This document shows, piece by piece, positions 38,801 through 53,062 of a stretch of 64,000 nucleotides of DNA (its first letter is position 1; every line of letters begins with the position of its first letter). The notes under the pieces were generated by a model. That model saw only the letters and a list, made by a program, of their open reading frames with translations, did no database searches and had not been told where the DNA came from. The position numbers were made by a program, and so were the translations under genes. Source of the stretch: Bispira polyomma (Eukaryota); the NCBI GenBank assembly GCA_965649765.1, contig OZ287748.1, forward strand, positions 34,906,001 through 34,970,000, in the 5' to 3' direction.

Positions 38801-41800
38801 TTGGGAATAAACACATTAAGCCATTATTATGTGCCAGCGGCATATCATTATTTTTTCACTAAAAGGACAAGGTCTATAATGTGCCACATGTCTGAGACAA
38901 TTATCTTTATAAAGTGACTGATTATGTATGACATACACATATTAATATTTTGTGTTCAATCTTATTTTACCTTTGATGTGTTGTGGTCATATTACTGTAA
39001 AATAACACTAGATGACCTAACTCATGGCTTCAAGAATTGGTGGTGTGGATTGTGCATTGGTGGTGTGGATAACACCTTTGTACTTGTGGGTTTGAATCTC
39101 GATCCTGGTATGTGTGTGGGGAAAGATTCCAGTTGACTTATTGGTTAACAGTTCATAAAACACAAATAAAATGTCCATCAAGATATCATGGTAAGTGTTG
39201 AAGCGATGCCAAATCAAGATCGAATGAACAAAAATCTTTTACAAAAAAAGGCTTAGCTGACTATGAAATTATCTTTTTATCCCTTAGTTATAAGAGAAAA
39301 TATTGTTTTTCTAATAGTGTTACATCCTAGTTATAACTGTTGATGCAATAGTAATTGACCTGAACAATTATCAATATCCCAACTATGAAAGTATCTCTTG
39401 AGTGTATACACTGTGACTCTTAGACACTGCTGCAAATTAAAAAATACAATTAAATGTTAAGGCCTGCAGCTGACTGTAAACTAATTGGTCTCCTTTATAC
39501 ACCTACATATTTTACCTGAGATAAAGATGTCCTGTGAGTCAGTCTACAAGTCTTAACACAACCACAGGGGTCAGGCTGACATGGAAAATATACATTTTTA
39601 AAAAACCCCATAGAAACAAAAAGGTTTCAGACCAGCCACCAAGTACCAATTTGTCGTCAATAAATGACATCAATTATTCCCACTTCTTTGAGACCTTATT
39701 TATACAAGGATATTCTTTACAGGCCAAGTGAAGGTCTGTATTGCTAGATTCATTACTTCTGAAATCTATGTAAGAATTTTGTGTGGCTGGATATTGTCAG
39801 AAGATATTTTAGAGTACAATATAGGGATGATATAAAATACACAGCATATGGATTATACTTGGTCCACAGTCCAAATAATTATGCATTCATAATGAACAGC
39901 ATATATATTTGGTGTGTTTTAATTGTCTCTTTTTGTTGTTTACATTTTTGTTAAGATTAAGAGGTCACAGATTTTAAGTATGAGTTTAACAGTTTAGCTT
40001 GAAGAGTAACTGATTATTTTTGCATACTCTCTGCAATTGAGCAATAGAGTTTTGAGGTTACCATAGAATCCTAAGTGCTATTTGAATCAAACAGTTTTTG
40101 ATATAATTTGATTCAAATAAGAAATGTTTTTTGTAAAATGCGAAACATTTTGTTCAGTACAATTCCATGTCAAAAAATAGTCTTCTACACAACCCGTTGT
40201 GGCAAGAAAACATTTCTTTGCAGAAAATGGATGACAATACCAAACTGCTGATACATCAGTCAGTCCTCATTTTTCCTAGTATGCTGCTGAACTTTTTGTA
40301 CTGTTGATCCGATCATTTTCCTCTTAAATCCTACCAAAACCTCTTTAGATGGCTCATCTAAGTATCCACACATAGCCATTAAGAGATAATGACTTAATAT
40401 AAAATGGGCCAGTATATCTTGTTATAGAGTGCCTTAAGAAGAATGGATGTTCTTTTTTCTTTGTTAAGTATACCAACTTTTTTTCAAACACAAAGCAGTA
40501 TCACCAAGGTAACTATGTTGAAATACCACATTGACAACCTTGATATGCACAGTCGTTATAAGTGTCATAAAAGTGTCATAACATGAAAACCACAAATTCA
40601 TAAGATTAGATGACACATTTATTTTTAACAGAATGAAAAACAGTGACATGGGCAAAAAATGTCATTTTGGACATTTATTATTTTTACCATTTATTAACAG
40701 TTACAGATAGAATGACACTGAGTTAGCTTGCTAGAACAATATTGTTAATTATGGACCTATTATTGTTGTTGGCATGGTGGTATAAGTCCATGACTTAGAG
40801 TGCAACTATTTGCATTGATATAATGATGAACATTAGCTAATAACGATTAGGGTGGAATCAGGTGTGAAGCTTTAATCAAGTTTTATAGACAAAAAGTGCC
40901 CATTAAGTCAAATAAAAATGCCATACGGCTCAGCCGTTATGCTAGTTTACCACCACGCAGTTTGCCCAATTTCCAAGAATTTGTTTCTTGTGAAGTCAGT
41001 TAAATAATCTTGAACCTATTTTTCAGCTACTACTTTTTAATATTTGACCTATGTCAGTTGCTTGGGAACTGAATGTATGTGCTATTACAATTCCATGCAC
41101 ATCAAATATTAAGAATAAGCAACTTCTGTAATTGCAATTAGAATGAACTGCAGTTGTTAGACTAGAAATCCTTATGTACCGTTATGTTACTTTAAAAGGA
41201 GGTATTTGATTGGCAGGTGATTGTTTAACATGTATGTTTCTCATAATAGATTGTATAGTCATATCAAAGGAGCATTATTGTCAATATACATGGGACACAA
41301 CAATTGCTAAACTACCCATTGGATCACATTATTAGGTACATGTACCATTAATTGTTTAAGTCAAACTCATTCTTGTTCCTTTGCTATTAAAGTTTTCTGC
41401 AATACTGCTACCCATGATTATGATTTATATCTGCAAAGATACTGTATTTTACCATGTTCGATGTCAATTTTTCAACCTCAATATATATGCAAAAGACGGG
41501 CAACCATGATAACTTTAATGTTAGAAAGCCCTGAATCAAAAGCTGATGAAAAATGTCAATCATATTGTACTGCTATAGCAACTACTAAAACACTTAACAC
41601 TCATTATAACTTATGGATAGAACTGCGACTTTCAGATGATATTCAACCTGGCAGTTTAAAACTGGACTCAGTTAACTGTAAAAATTACAATCTAGTGATC
41701 AAGTTGTTTCTTGGGGCTGAAGTTACTTGAAACTTGTTTCAAAGTTATATTTTAGTGATCTCAACCATATTTCACATATTCACTTTTAATTATTAGTATG

Positions 41801-42522
41801 CATGTTAAGATTTTAGGTTTAGTTGAGGTCACATTATTTTTATGAATATACATACATCATTACATGTAAAATAAACCACTGTAAACATTTAGTGAATAAA
41901 CTAAATATAGTATACCTTAATCTAGTGTTTTTTGGATACATTTCCCTTCAGGTTTTGGCACTTGCTGCCAAGCAACAGTATATCATGTTACATACAGCAA
42001 ATGAGAAACCTTACACTTTGTAAAAAATACGAAAATCAATGACACCATTTCCTGTTTAGTAACCATTTTTCATTTTCATGAAATAAAACGAATTTACAGT
42101 AGCTAACAACAATTGCTGTTTTACTGCCCCATTTTGAGAATTCACACGCAATCAACATAGTATATTGCCTTACAAGCTGACTGAGGTGTCCCTACCTTAT
42201 GTTCTAGTTGCACATATCCCATTATTTGTCTCATTGTCACCTTGACCCTCTGGGCTTTTGTGGTGTTTGTGGATGTTTTTGGCACCACACAAATATAGCA
42301 AACAGTTCACTCATGTATGAAACACATTTTTACATTTCTAACATATGAGCATTATTATGAGACAATTTAAATCTAAATTAATTAACCTTATGTCAAGGAA
42401 TGTCCACATTTTAAGGAATTATTTTCTCAAAATCCTTTTAATTTTGTAATTATTATCATTATTGTTAAAGTGGCTTCACACACTATTGGATACCTATTAA
42501 ATTGGAAACATATCAAATTTGC

Positions 42523-43265
42523 TTATTATTATTATTATGAATTTTTAACGCGCTTTATTGATGCTAGTCATCTTCTAAAGCACAACAGCAGAATCATTGG
42601 TCCAATCATTAAGTCAATGGACATTGCAAAGTCGTAAGGCAGGAAGTGGGAGCGTGCACGAGAGAAGCTAAGGTGGGTAGGCAAGGTTAAAAAGATAGGT
42701 TTTAAGCTTTTTCCTAAAACCAATAAGTGTGTCAACTGATCTGAAGTCGACTGGGAGACTGTTCCATATCTGTGGAGCTGCAGTGGAGAACGCTCTGGAT
42801 ACCGCCTTCCTGATTGGTCTGACTGAAGAGACAGAGAGTCTGTTGCATCTCTTGTGATTACTGAAGGAGAGAAGGGAGGCAAGGTAGGGGGCTTGTTCAG
42901 TGACTACAGGCCTAAAAGTAGTAACGGGAATCTTGAAGAAAATGCGAGAATGAATGGGCAGCCAGTGGAATTTTTTGAGGTAAGGAGTGATGTCTGTGCG
43001 ACAACCTCAACTGTGAGCCTCACATTGACGGATCTGTCATCTTTATATTGTTGTCTCATGTTTTTGAATTTTGGAAACTGAATATTTCTTCTCTCATGGA
43101 TCTGTGCTGGCAGTTGCTCAGTAATAATTTTTAAATTTCTTGCATGGTTAAAAACAATATCCTTTCCATGTTGTAGGACAAGTTTCAATACAATCAGTCT
43201 TGGTTTTCGCCCTTGCTTGCCAATACGATGGGCAATGTCAACTTGGACTGGGGATGCAGGGTTTA
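42523..43265 (-). mobile_element. Internally deleted L2-type LINE (ORF1 fragment joined to ORF2 C-terminus and 3' UTR)
   Basis: ORF1-like HRIGKQGRKPRLIVLKL..GKDIVFNHARNLK..ITEQLPAQIHERR. ORF2 end RAFSTAAPQIWNSLP..R....GFRKKLKTYLF. (taa)n tail. Confidence 0.85.
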
Positions 43266-43269
43266 AATA

Positions 43270-46200
43270 TAAACCCTGGTATGTGTGTGGGGAAAGATTC
43301 CAGTGACCTTACTTAAGGCAGTTGCTTACTGGTTTACAGTTCTGAAAACATGACCAATTATTCTATTCTGAGATATTCCACAAATAAAATGTTCATCAAG
43401 ATATAATTGCAGTTGTTGAAGGCACGCCAAATCAAGATCAAATGAACAAAAAGCTTTTACAAAAAAGGCTTTGATGACTATGAAATTATCTATTTATCCC
43501 TTGGTTATAAGAGAAAGCTATGTTTTTATTTGTCTAATAATGTTAAATCCCAGTTATAACTGTTGATGCAATAATAATTGACCTGAACAATTATCAATAT
43601 CCCAATGTGATTTAGCCCGCCACAGGCATATAACCCAGTGACAAAGTGGTCAGCTAGGTGGCTGTATCTACCTAGTTTAGCCTCAAAGTGCTCTGCATTC
43701 TTAAATGTGTGTGTTACCTAAATGGTCATGATAACATATCCTGAATCAGTACTTTCATTTTAAAAATCATTGGCCTGTACAAAGTCCAAAATTCATGACT
43801 GAAACACCATGTGTTTGCTCAGTGACTGAACAAATAACCTGATAACCACTGGCAAACAACGCTATATTCGTGTAACAATGAAACAATTACTACTAAATGT
43901 TATCAAAATGACATTAAATGTTTTTTGACGAAGGAAACATTGGTGGACACTGTTGACATCCCAGTGCGAATTAATGTTAGCCCAGTAGTACAACTTTAAC
44001 TTTTCCATTATTAAAACTGCTTAGTATTAGCCTAAGATTGAGGCAGACCACTTTTATAAGTCTCACTAATTAGACTATGAAAGTATTACCTAGGTGTAGA
44101 TACTGTGACTGTTGGAAACTGCTGCAAATTAATTGATACAATGTCATTTAAATGTTAAGGCTTAAAAGTTTTGCTAAAGTTTGCAACTGACTGTAAAACT
44201 AATTGGTCCCCTTTGTACACCTACATATTTTACTTTAGACAAAGATGTTTTGTGAGTCCACAAGTCTTAATGCACCCACAGAGTTCAGGCTGACATGAAA
44301 AATATATATTTTTAAAGCCCCATCAAAACAATAAGGTTCGAGAGCAGCCAAGTACCAATTTGGCGTCAATAAATGGCATCAATTTTTCTCACTTCTTTGA
44401 GACCTTATGTACACAAGGGTATACTTTACAGGCCAAGGGTATGTATTGCGAGATTCATTACTTCTGAAATTTCAGTAAGAATATGTGTGACCAGATATTC
44501 TAAGAAGATGTTTTTAGAGTCCAATAAAGGAATGATTTAAAATAAACAGCATATGGATTATATTCAGTACACAGTCTAAACAATTATGCATTTACAATGC
44601 ACAATATATATATTTTTTTTTTCTTTGTTGTCTCTTTTTGTTGTTTACATTTATGTTGAGATAAAGAAGCCAAAGATTTTAGTTAAGTATGAGTTTAATA
44701 GTTTAGCTTGGGGAGTATTTTTGCATTCTCCCTGCAATCAAGTTTTGAGGTTACCATGGAATCCTAACTAATATTTAAATGAAACAGTTTCTGATATAAT
44801 TTGATTCAAACAAGAAATGTAGAATGCAGAGGATGAAACTTTTTGTTGAGTACAATACCATGTCAAATTAATAATCTTTTACACAACCCTGTTGTGGCAG
44901 GAAAACGTTTCTTTGCAGAAAATGGATGAAAATAAAAAAACGCAGATACATCAGTCAGTCCTTATTTTTCCTAGTATGCCTCTGAACTTTTTGTACTGTT
45001 GATGTAATTATTTTTATCTTAAATCCTGCCAAGATTTCTTTAGAATGCTCATCTGGGTATCCACCTATAGCCATCAAGAGATAATAACTTGCCTCCGCAA
45101 TTACCTTTGCAGGTATTGCAAGTGCAAGTCTAGTACCTGTTTTAGTTTTAGACTTTAATTTTACTTGGATGAATTATGAAGATGCTTTAAAATATACACA
45201 ATGTTTTAATGGAGAATGGTCGAAGTTTTATTAAAATTGCTCCAGTATACCTTGTTATAGATTGCCTTAAATAGAGTGGACGTTTTTGTAAAGTATACAA
45301 ACTTTTATTTAAACACAAAGCAGTATCCCCAAGGTAACTTTGTCTAAATACCACATTGACTACCTTGAGATGCACAGTCCTTATGGTTCTTCATATAAGT
45401 GTCACAAAAGTGTCATAACATAAAAACCACAAATTCACAAAATTAGATGACCCATCCTTTTAACACAATGCAAAACAGTGACATGGGGAAAATATGTAAT
45501 TGTGAACATTTATTATCAATATTAACAGTTACAGATAGAATGACAACCAGTTAGCTTGCTAGAACAATATTGTTAATTATTGACTTGTAACCCTACTTAT
45601 TGGCGTTACGCATGGTAGTATAAGTCCAGGACTTCGAGTACAACTACTTGCATCGATATAATGAACATTAGCTTGTAACGATTAGGGTGGAACTAGGTGA
45701 AAAGCTTCAATCAAATTTTTTAGACAAAAAGCACCCCTTGAGGAAAATAAAAATAACAGATGGCTCAGCCATTTTGCTACTTTATTACTAGGCAATTGCA
45801 TTTAAAGAATATTAACATTAGGTACATAACTTGAAATGACTAAAAGCAATGACTTGTAATGTCAAGTGGCACTGTACATAATTCAATAGAATACCAACAA
45901 CAATAAGGGTGGAATGGCTGTGAAGTTTTAATCAAATTTTATAGACAAAAAGCCCACTTTAGGGCAAATAAAAATGTCATGCGGCTTAGCTGTTATGCTA
46001 GTTTACTACTACATAGTTAACCCAATTTCTAAGAATTTGTTCCTTGTGAAGTTAAATTATCTTTAACCTCTTTGCTGCTACTATTATTTTTAAATTTACC
46101 CATGTCAGTTGAATGGGAACTTAACATATGTGCAACTACAATTCTACACACATCCAATATTAAGAATAAGCAACTAATATAATTGCTAACAGAACGAAGT

Positions 46201-47510
46201 GCCGTTGTTAGACTAGAAATCCTTATGTACATTCTGTTATTTTAAAAGGAGGTATTTGGTTGGCAGGTGGTTGTTTAACATGTACATTTCTCATACATAA
46301 TAGATTATATAGTCATATTAAAGCAGCCTTTTTGTCAACATCCATGGGACACAACAATTGCTAAACTGGCAGTTGGACCACGTTATTAGGTACATGTACC
46401 ATTAATTGTTTAAGCCTAATTAATTCTTGTTCCATTACTATTAAAGTTTCAGCAATACTGCTACCCATGATTTCTATCTGCAAAGGTACAGTATTTTACA
46501 AAGCAGCACCGTGTTAGATGTCAATTTTTCAACCCCAATATCTTTGCAGGAAAAAAAGACAACCATGCTGACTTAATGTTAACTGAAGAGAGTCCCGAAT
46601 CAAAAGCCGATGAAATGTGTCAGTCTTATTTTAATTGTATAGCAATTACTAAAACACTTAACACAAATAATAACTGCAATAGAACTGCAACTTTCAGGTA
46701 ATAATAAACCTGGCAGTTTAAAACTGGACTCGGTAGAAATTACAACTTCAGTGATCAAGTAATTAAGTGTTTCTCGAGGCCGAGGCTACTTAAAACTCTT
46801 TTAAAAATTATATTTTAGTGATCTTAACTATATCTTAGAGATTTATTTCTATTGTGTACATACAAAATGACATATAAAATAAACTACAGTAAACATTCAC
46901 TGAATAAACTAAACATAGTATACCTTAATCTATTGTTTTTTGATGAATTTCCCTTTAGGTTTTGGTATTTGCTGCCAGTTTATTATTTTACAGCAGCCCA
47001 CCCTTTTAGTGCCCCTTTCTAAGAATACACATGTAATCACTAGAGAATATTGCCATACACCCTGATCAAGGTATCCACACCTTATTTTCTGGTTGCACAT
47101 ATTCTTTTGTTTGTCTCACTCTCACTTGGCCTTCTGGTGTTCGTAGATGTTTGGGGCATCACACAAAAATGGCAACTAATTCACTCATTAAGTCAATTAA
47201 AACTGAATTTGTTTATAGCTCCTGTTAGGATTATTTGTGTACTTTATTACCTGGCAATAGCTGTTGATTACAGCTGATGTCATAATTAAACCAATTAACC
47301 TAGTACTTTAACAATTTTTAAATGGAGTTGGAGGCCTGACCCCTGTGATACCATAACACCACAAGTGAATGTCAAGGAATGTTCACATTTTAATGATTTT
47401 TTTTTCTCAATATCCTTTAAATTGTGTAATTATTTACATTATTGTTAAAATAGCTTTACATACTATTGGATATATACTAAATGGGAACATACATAATTTG
47501 TTTACAACAA
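43270..47510. repeat. Paralogous block U3 of the segmental duplication
   Basis: Colinear with about 25095-27419 and 39100-42520. Confidence 0.85.
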
Positions 47511-47659
47511 TCCGGACGTTGCCCAACTTTATGTGAAATCAATGAAACCATTTCTTGAACATCCCACAAACTGATGAACTGCTTAAACAGAACACCAATT
47601 AAGACATATCAGAGGCTAATATAATGCATCATTAATCTTATATAGATAATTATATTTAA

Positions 47660-49660
47660 TTAAGTGCATCGTTTGATACAGTAGATCTTGACCTTTTGCC
47701 GAAAGTACTGAAGAACCGATTTGAAATACAAAATGCTGCTATATACTGGATAGAAAGCTACCTAAGACCACATGGCATGAAAGTGAAAATAGGTGATCAA
47801 TACTCAACAGTTAGAAATACCCCATTGCCAGCTCCTATAAAACGTACTGCCTACTGATATAAGGGTATTATCATGATTAGCAGATGACCATTGCCTACGA
47901 AAATCATTTAGTGTAAACAATGTAAATGAAGAAGTCTGTGTTATTTGAAGCACCAGAATCCACTCTGTACTGTAAAGGGCTGGGTGGATTTAAATAAACT
48001 TTAAATGAATTCTTCAAAAACAGAGCTAATCCTTTTTGGATACAACAAACACTTGAGCAAATGTTCTACATCCCATATTGCTTTGAACGGAAAAAGGGTT
48101 GTAAGATCATCAACAATAAAGTATTTCGGAGTTAATCTGGATGAAACATTTGTCCCTGCAACAGCATATTAGTCTAAAGTGTCAAAAAAACAGCCTACAA
48201 CCTTCACAACATCAGGCTAATTCGAGCATCTTTAACAACTGAAGCATGCAAACAAGTAGTGTATCGCCTTGTTATATCCCATCTGGACTACTACAATGAT
48301 ATCTTCATGGCCTTGCCTGAGAAAGAGATAAAAATTGCAAAAAGCAGCGGCAAAGCTTGTGCTAAACTTAGACAAGTACAGCAGTATTTCGCAAGCACTA
48401 ATGACACACTACTGGCTTCCAATTCGCTACAGAATATTGTTTAAAATTTTGACAGTAGTCCATAAATGTATTCACCAGAAAGCCCCAAGATATTTACAGA
48501 ATCTAATTCAAGAAAAAAGAGACTGCTGCTATCCTGTTCGATCAAAGTAAAAGTACTATAAATAAACAAATACATAAATATACCCAATCAATGTTTAAAT
48601 GATTTTAGTAAGATTAAATATTCACAAGTTTATACATCTTTTATTGTCACAAATTATTCAGTTCCAACAAGTCAAAAAGGTAGATAGAACACTATCCCTT
48701 TTTAGAGGTTATGGACTGGAAACATATTTATCTCTTGCCTTTTAGGGTTGTTTTAGACACATATTTGATCACACTTCAATACAAAATTTTGCACAGAGTT
48801 TTGGCATGTAATTATAAGCTATTTGTTTGGAAGATTAAAGAATCTCCTGAATGTATTATTTGTATGCAAATTGAAAATTTAGAGCATTTTTTCTATTACT
48901 GCACAGATACAAAATCTTTTTGGAACCAAGTCCGTTCATGGCTGTTGAATTGTATTCCTTGCAAATTAGACTTTACTGTTTTGCAAGTACTGTTTGGCAT
49001 TATAAATTTTTACCCTAAAAATTATTTCATCGTTAATTATGTATTACTTATTGGAAAAAATATTGTATATATAACTAAAAAAAGAATAATGAAAATCTAG
49101 TTTTTCTACACTTTTTAAGACTTTTAATGTAGAAACTCAAATTGGAAGAAAAAGTATATAATAATCAAGGTAGATCTATTATATTTAAAGAAAGATTTGG
49201 GTTATTGTGTCCATCATTGTAAAGTTATTTCAACTGTTAGAGCTTCTCTATAGTTATAATTTAAATTACTCTTAATTTTCTCTACATTGTGAAGCATTCA
49301 GTAAATTACTTGTGTGTGATGTGAGATGTTAGTACACTTGTAACTTTATTATTGTAATGTGCTATTGTACCTTCGTTTTTTGGGTTATAAATAAAATATA
49401 AAAAAAGTAAAAGTACTATCTATTTGATGTTCCAAAAACAAGAGCAAGGACATTTGCCAACCGTAGTTTGAGTGTATATGGGCCAAAGTCCTGGAACTCT
49501 CTTCAAGACTATCTCAGAAAAACGGACAGCCACAAACAATTCAGAAAACAGCTAAAAACTCATTTCAGAAGGCATTTTTGTAAAGCACTTCAGAATACAG
49601 AATTATTTTTATGTATCAGTTGAGCACTATACAATATATTTATTATTATTATTTTTATTA
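47660..49660 (+). mobile_element. Decayed L2-type LINE ORF2 fragment, interrupted by a nested LINE
   Basis: FDTVD, MNSSKTELILFG, ISHLDYYN and HYWLPIRYRILFKIL motifs. Resumes after 49419 with GPKSWNSL and ends in (tat)n. Confidence 0.85.
48560..49403 (+). mobile_element. 5'-truncated L1/Tx1-clade LINE (zf-RVT C-terminus) nested in L2
   Basis: LQYKILHRVL..N..LF.WKIKESPECIIC...ENLEHFFYYC..TKSFW. 16-bp TSD aaagtaaaagtactat at 48544-48559 and 49404-49419. A-rich tail. Confidence 0.88.
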
Positions 49661-50644
49661 TTTAAACAAAATACTGTTTGTTTGTTTAATTGAAATATAC
49701 TTAAACACTCTAGAGCACACGCTATAGAAATTGGACATGTGTTTATCACTAATTTGAATATTATGCAGTCTGTTACAAAGAGAAAGTGGATGAGTACAAC
49801 ACTAACAAACCTTCACACCAGCCCTTTTCCCTGTTACATCATTGTCAACTTTTTGTGACATTAGCTTAATCAGTGCGCCTCAGCATCTGACAAAAGTCCC
49901 CTTTTGATGTTTTCCCGAGTACCCACTTAGAGCCATCACAGAACAATGGATAAAGCATGTTAATTCAGAAAAACACACTCTGTGATACCTCCTTTATATG
50001 GGCTTTCATACTTTGGACCTAAATTATCTTTATAGCTGTAAGCTACAGCATGATCTTATGTAGCATTATCTTAGTTTATAAGCCTGTTTTATAATGACCT
50101 GCTAGACTTCATATCACATCTCACATAGAGTTAAGACAACTTGTCCTTGTTGTATACAGAATTTAAGCAATAGATGGATAGAAGAAGCATACAAAATCAG
50201 TAAAAATGTGCAGAGTATACATTAATGTATAAAAGTACAAAAAGTCAAATACAGTTTACCAAAATACTTTTGTCGACAATGTTTAAAGTTACCTGCAACC
50301 TTATGTTAAGGTTGGGTTTGTATAGTTATGAGATAAAGGTGACCTTAACTAACATAACCCCTGTAATAACAAACACTGAGAATATAAAATATTACTGCAT
50401 TTAAGCAAAAGCACCAAGGTACAATTAGGGCAATATATTTCATATATTGAAAGTGCCCTCCTTGCCATCAGTAATGACATAAACGTTACCTTGGATCATG
50501 GTGAAACTGTAGTCCTCAGTTTTTGGGGATGGATGGCCAAGTGATTTGATATAAGCAATAGGGGGAAGATACATTATTTCTAGTTCAGCAGACATAAAAA
50601 GACTGAGGGAAAATATTTTATTAATACTGAGTTAAGAGCTACTG

Positions 50645-52130
50645 GTACTATGTGGCATAAGGTCCCCTTAAAGTAAGGTGTAGGATCACCTTAAAGTGAG
50701 GTATAGGCCCAGTAGGCACCTGATGTCTTTTTGATATCAAATATTAGTCTAAAAATGGACATAACGTCATTTTGCCGTCATTTTGACATCACAATGTAGT
50801 GATCATATATTTAGACGTCATTAAGACATCATTATGATGTACATTATCTGACATATATTTAGATGTCATTATGATGTCATTATAATGTACACTATCTGAC
50901 ATATATTTAGATGTCATTATGATGTTATTATGACATTTCTGATATAAATTCCTGTAGAAAAGAATTGTGGGAATGGTCATTATTGTAATTGCCCAGCAGG
51001 CACACAGTCCAGCAAATATGATCATGTGGGTCCTAAATGGGCCGCATATATACATATATGAGTCTCACATATATGGGAATTCCATATCGATCTGGTACAC
51101 CTGTATGTAGGTCCCATTTTATAAAAAGCAAATAGGCGGCCATCTTTTTTTGGATAAGCCCAAATACAATCCCAACCAAGCTATTGACATGATACATCTC
51201 CACAACAAATTTGGTGATGATAACTGCAATACTTTTCTTTAAATGTCCAGAAACTTTTCAAGAAGGTGGCCATGGCGGCCATCTTGTTTTTTGGAAGGGG
51301 TCCAAATACAATCCCAACCAAGCTATTGATATGATACACCTCTACAACAAATTTGGTGATGATAGCAGCAATATTTTTCCTCAACTTGTCCGGAAACCAA
51401 AATGTTGTCAGACGGATAGACAGACGGAAACCAAAATGTTGACCAACGGACGGATGTGGGACACATCAATCTAATAGGCAAGTTGGTTACAAGCAACCGG
51501 CCCAAAATTATCTAAAGCACAAAACAGCTAAATTATTTAGACATTGACAACCATAAGTTAACTACTGTGGTATATTACTTAAACATTTTGTCCACCTTCA
51601 ATGTATACACAACTTTGGTAAAGGTGGAATGGTTATGGCAGTTACTGAAATATACTGTTTCATCCCATCACTCTCTTGCCCCTCTCTCCTCTCTTTACAC
51701 CCTTCTCTCTCACCCTTACCATTCTCTCAACACCCCCCCCCCCCTTTCCCTCATGTACTCATCAGTTATTGGTTGGATATAAAAGTTGGAATAATGTTGT
51801 ATATCTGATATCTAAATGACATTATATTTCTGATGTAATTTAGACGCCAGAAACATGATGTCATTCCAACTTTCAAATCCAACCAAAAAAAGATGTTAGT
51901 TAGACATTGGGGTGGTACGTCATTTTGACGTTAAATAAACATCATTTTGCCTGCCCAGAGGTGACATAAACAAAGGGTGTAAGTTCACCATAGCATCAGG
52001 TGTGACGTCACCTTTACATAAGTAATTTGGTTAACTGAAATTTTGAAATTCAGAATTTAAGTATTAATGAAAGAAAATAGTACATTATGTACCACCTAAA
52101 GGAAAGGGGACCTTATGCCCAAAGGCAGTA
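50645..52130. mobile_element. Nested cluster of non-autonomous DNA elements
   Basis: Inverted gcataaggtcccct / aggggaccttatgc at about 50654 and 52105. cccag(t/c)aggcac starts at about 50708 and 50992. 39-bp gacgtcat-type repeats at 50800-50945. Approximately 142-bp tandem unit with a gacggatagacagacgg tract at 51130-51500, reminiscent of invertebrate Helitron-associated repeats. Confidence 0.5.
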
Positions 52131-52619
52131 CAAGTTACCACATGCACCATTGCAGATCTTGCAGATTACAATCATTGGATTTAACTGACTGATATGGTAT
52201 GGACCAATGTATGAAGTGGAAGAATATCATTTGGTTTCCCTGCTCTAGTCACTAATGTAAACATGTTTGTGTGCATATAACTGAACTTAATTTGCAGCTA
52301 GTTTAATTTTTAAACATGACCTTGTTTGTGTCATAATACCTGATATTTAAAATACAGGAAGCTCCTGCTGGACCTACTTTCTGGTAAGTTATTATGCAAC
52401 CTATGCTTCCTATTAAAACACTGTTACGTAATTTCCCATAACTTGTGAAAACTAAAGTTCTATTATAGGACAACCAAATGGTTACTTGGGGATTCATATC
52501 TGATTCACCCTTTTGAATAAATAAACAAGAAAGGTGATAGCTAGTGCAAAGCTGAAGGGATATAGTGCACCATATATATCTGTCTGTAATGGCCTGCTAG
52601 GATGACAACAGAGATTAGT

Positions 52620-53062
52620 TTGACATCACCAACTGTTTCTGTCATGTGATCAGTGAGACTGAAGTTCACTACTTGCTTTATTTGTGCAAAATGCAAATTT
52701 GATATTACAATGTATGTATATCAAATGCATAGATCGCTTACATTTAAACATCAGTATATATTTACAATTACTTTTAAGGTCACCTTAATAGCAGGCTCTA
52801 CATACTCTATAACATCCAAAACTACAAGCATATACACAGTGTAGTTTGACATCCCCAAATGTTACTGCTATATGATCAGTAAGACTGAAGTTCACTACTT
52901 GCTTTATTTGTGCAATTTGATATTACAAGGTATGTATATCAAATGCATAGATCGCTTACATTTAAACATAAGTACATATTTACAATTACCTTTAAGGTCA
53001 CCATAATAGCAGGCTCTACGTACTCTATAACATCTAAAACTACAAGCATATACACAGTGTAT
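52620..53062. repeat. Tandem duplication of a unit of about 225 bp
   Basis: tgatcagt.agactgaagttcactacttgctttatttgtgcaa...ctacaagcatatacacagtgta occurs twice. Confidence 0.85.

Larger units (their letters stand above)
31270..42520. repeat. Paralogous block U2 of the segmental duplication (contains nested repeats)
   Basis: 31270-32300 ~ 52430-53250; 33395-33680 ~ 53535-53720; 36125-36620 ~ 53745-54400; 36627-41082 ~ U1; 39100-42520 ~ U3. Confidence 0.85.
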
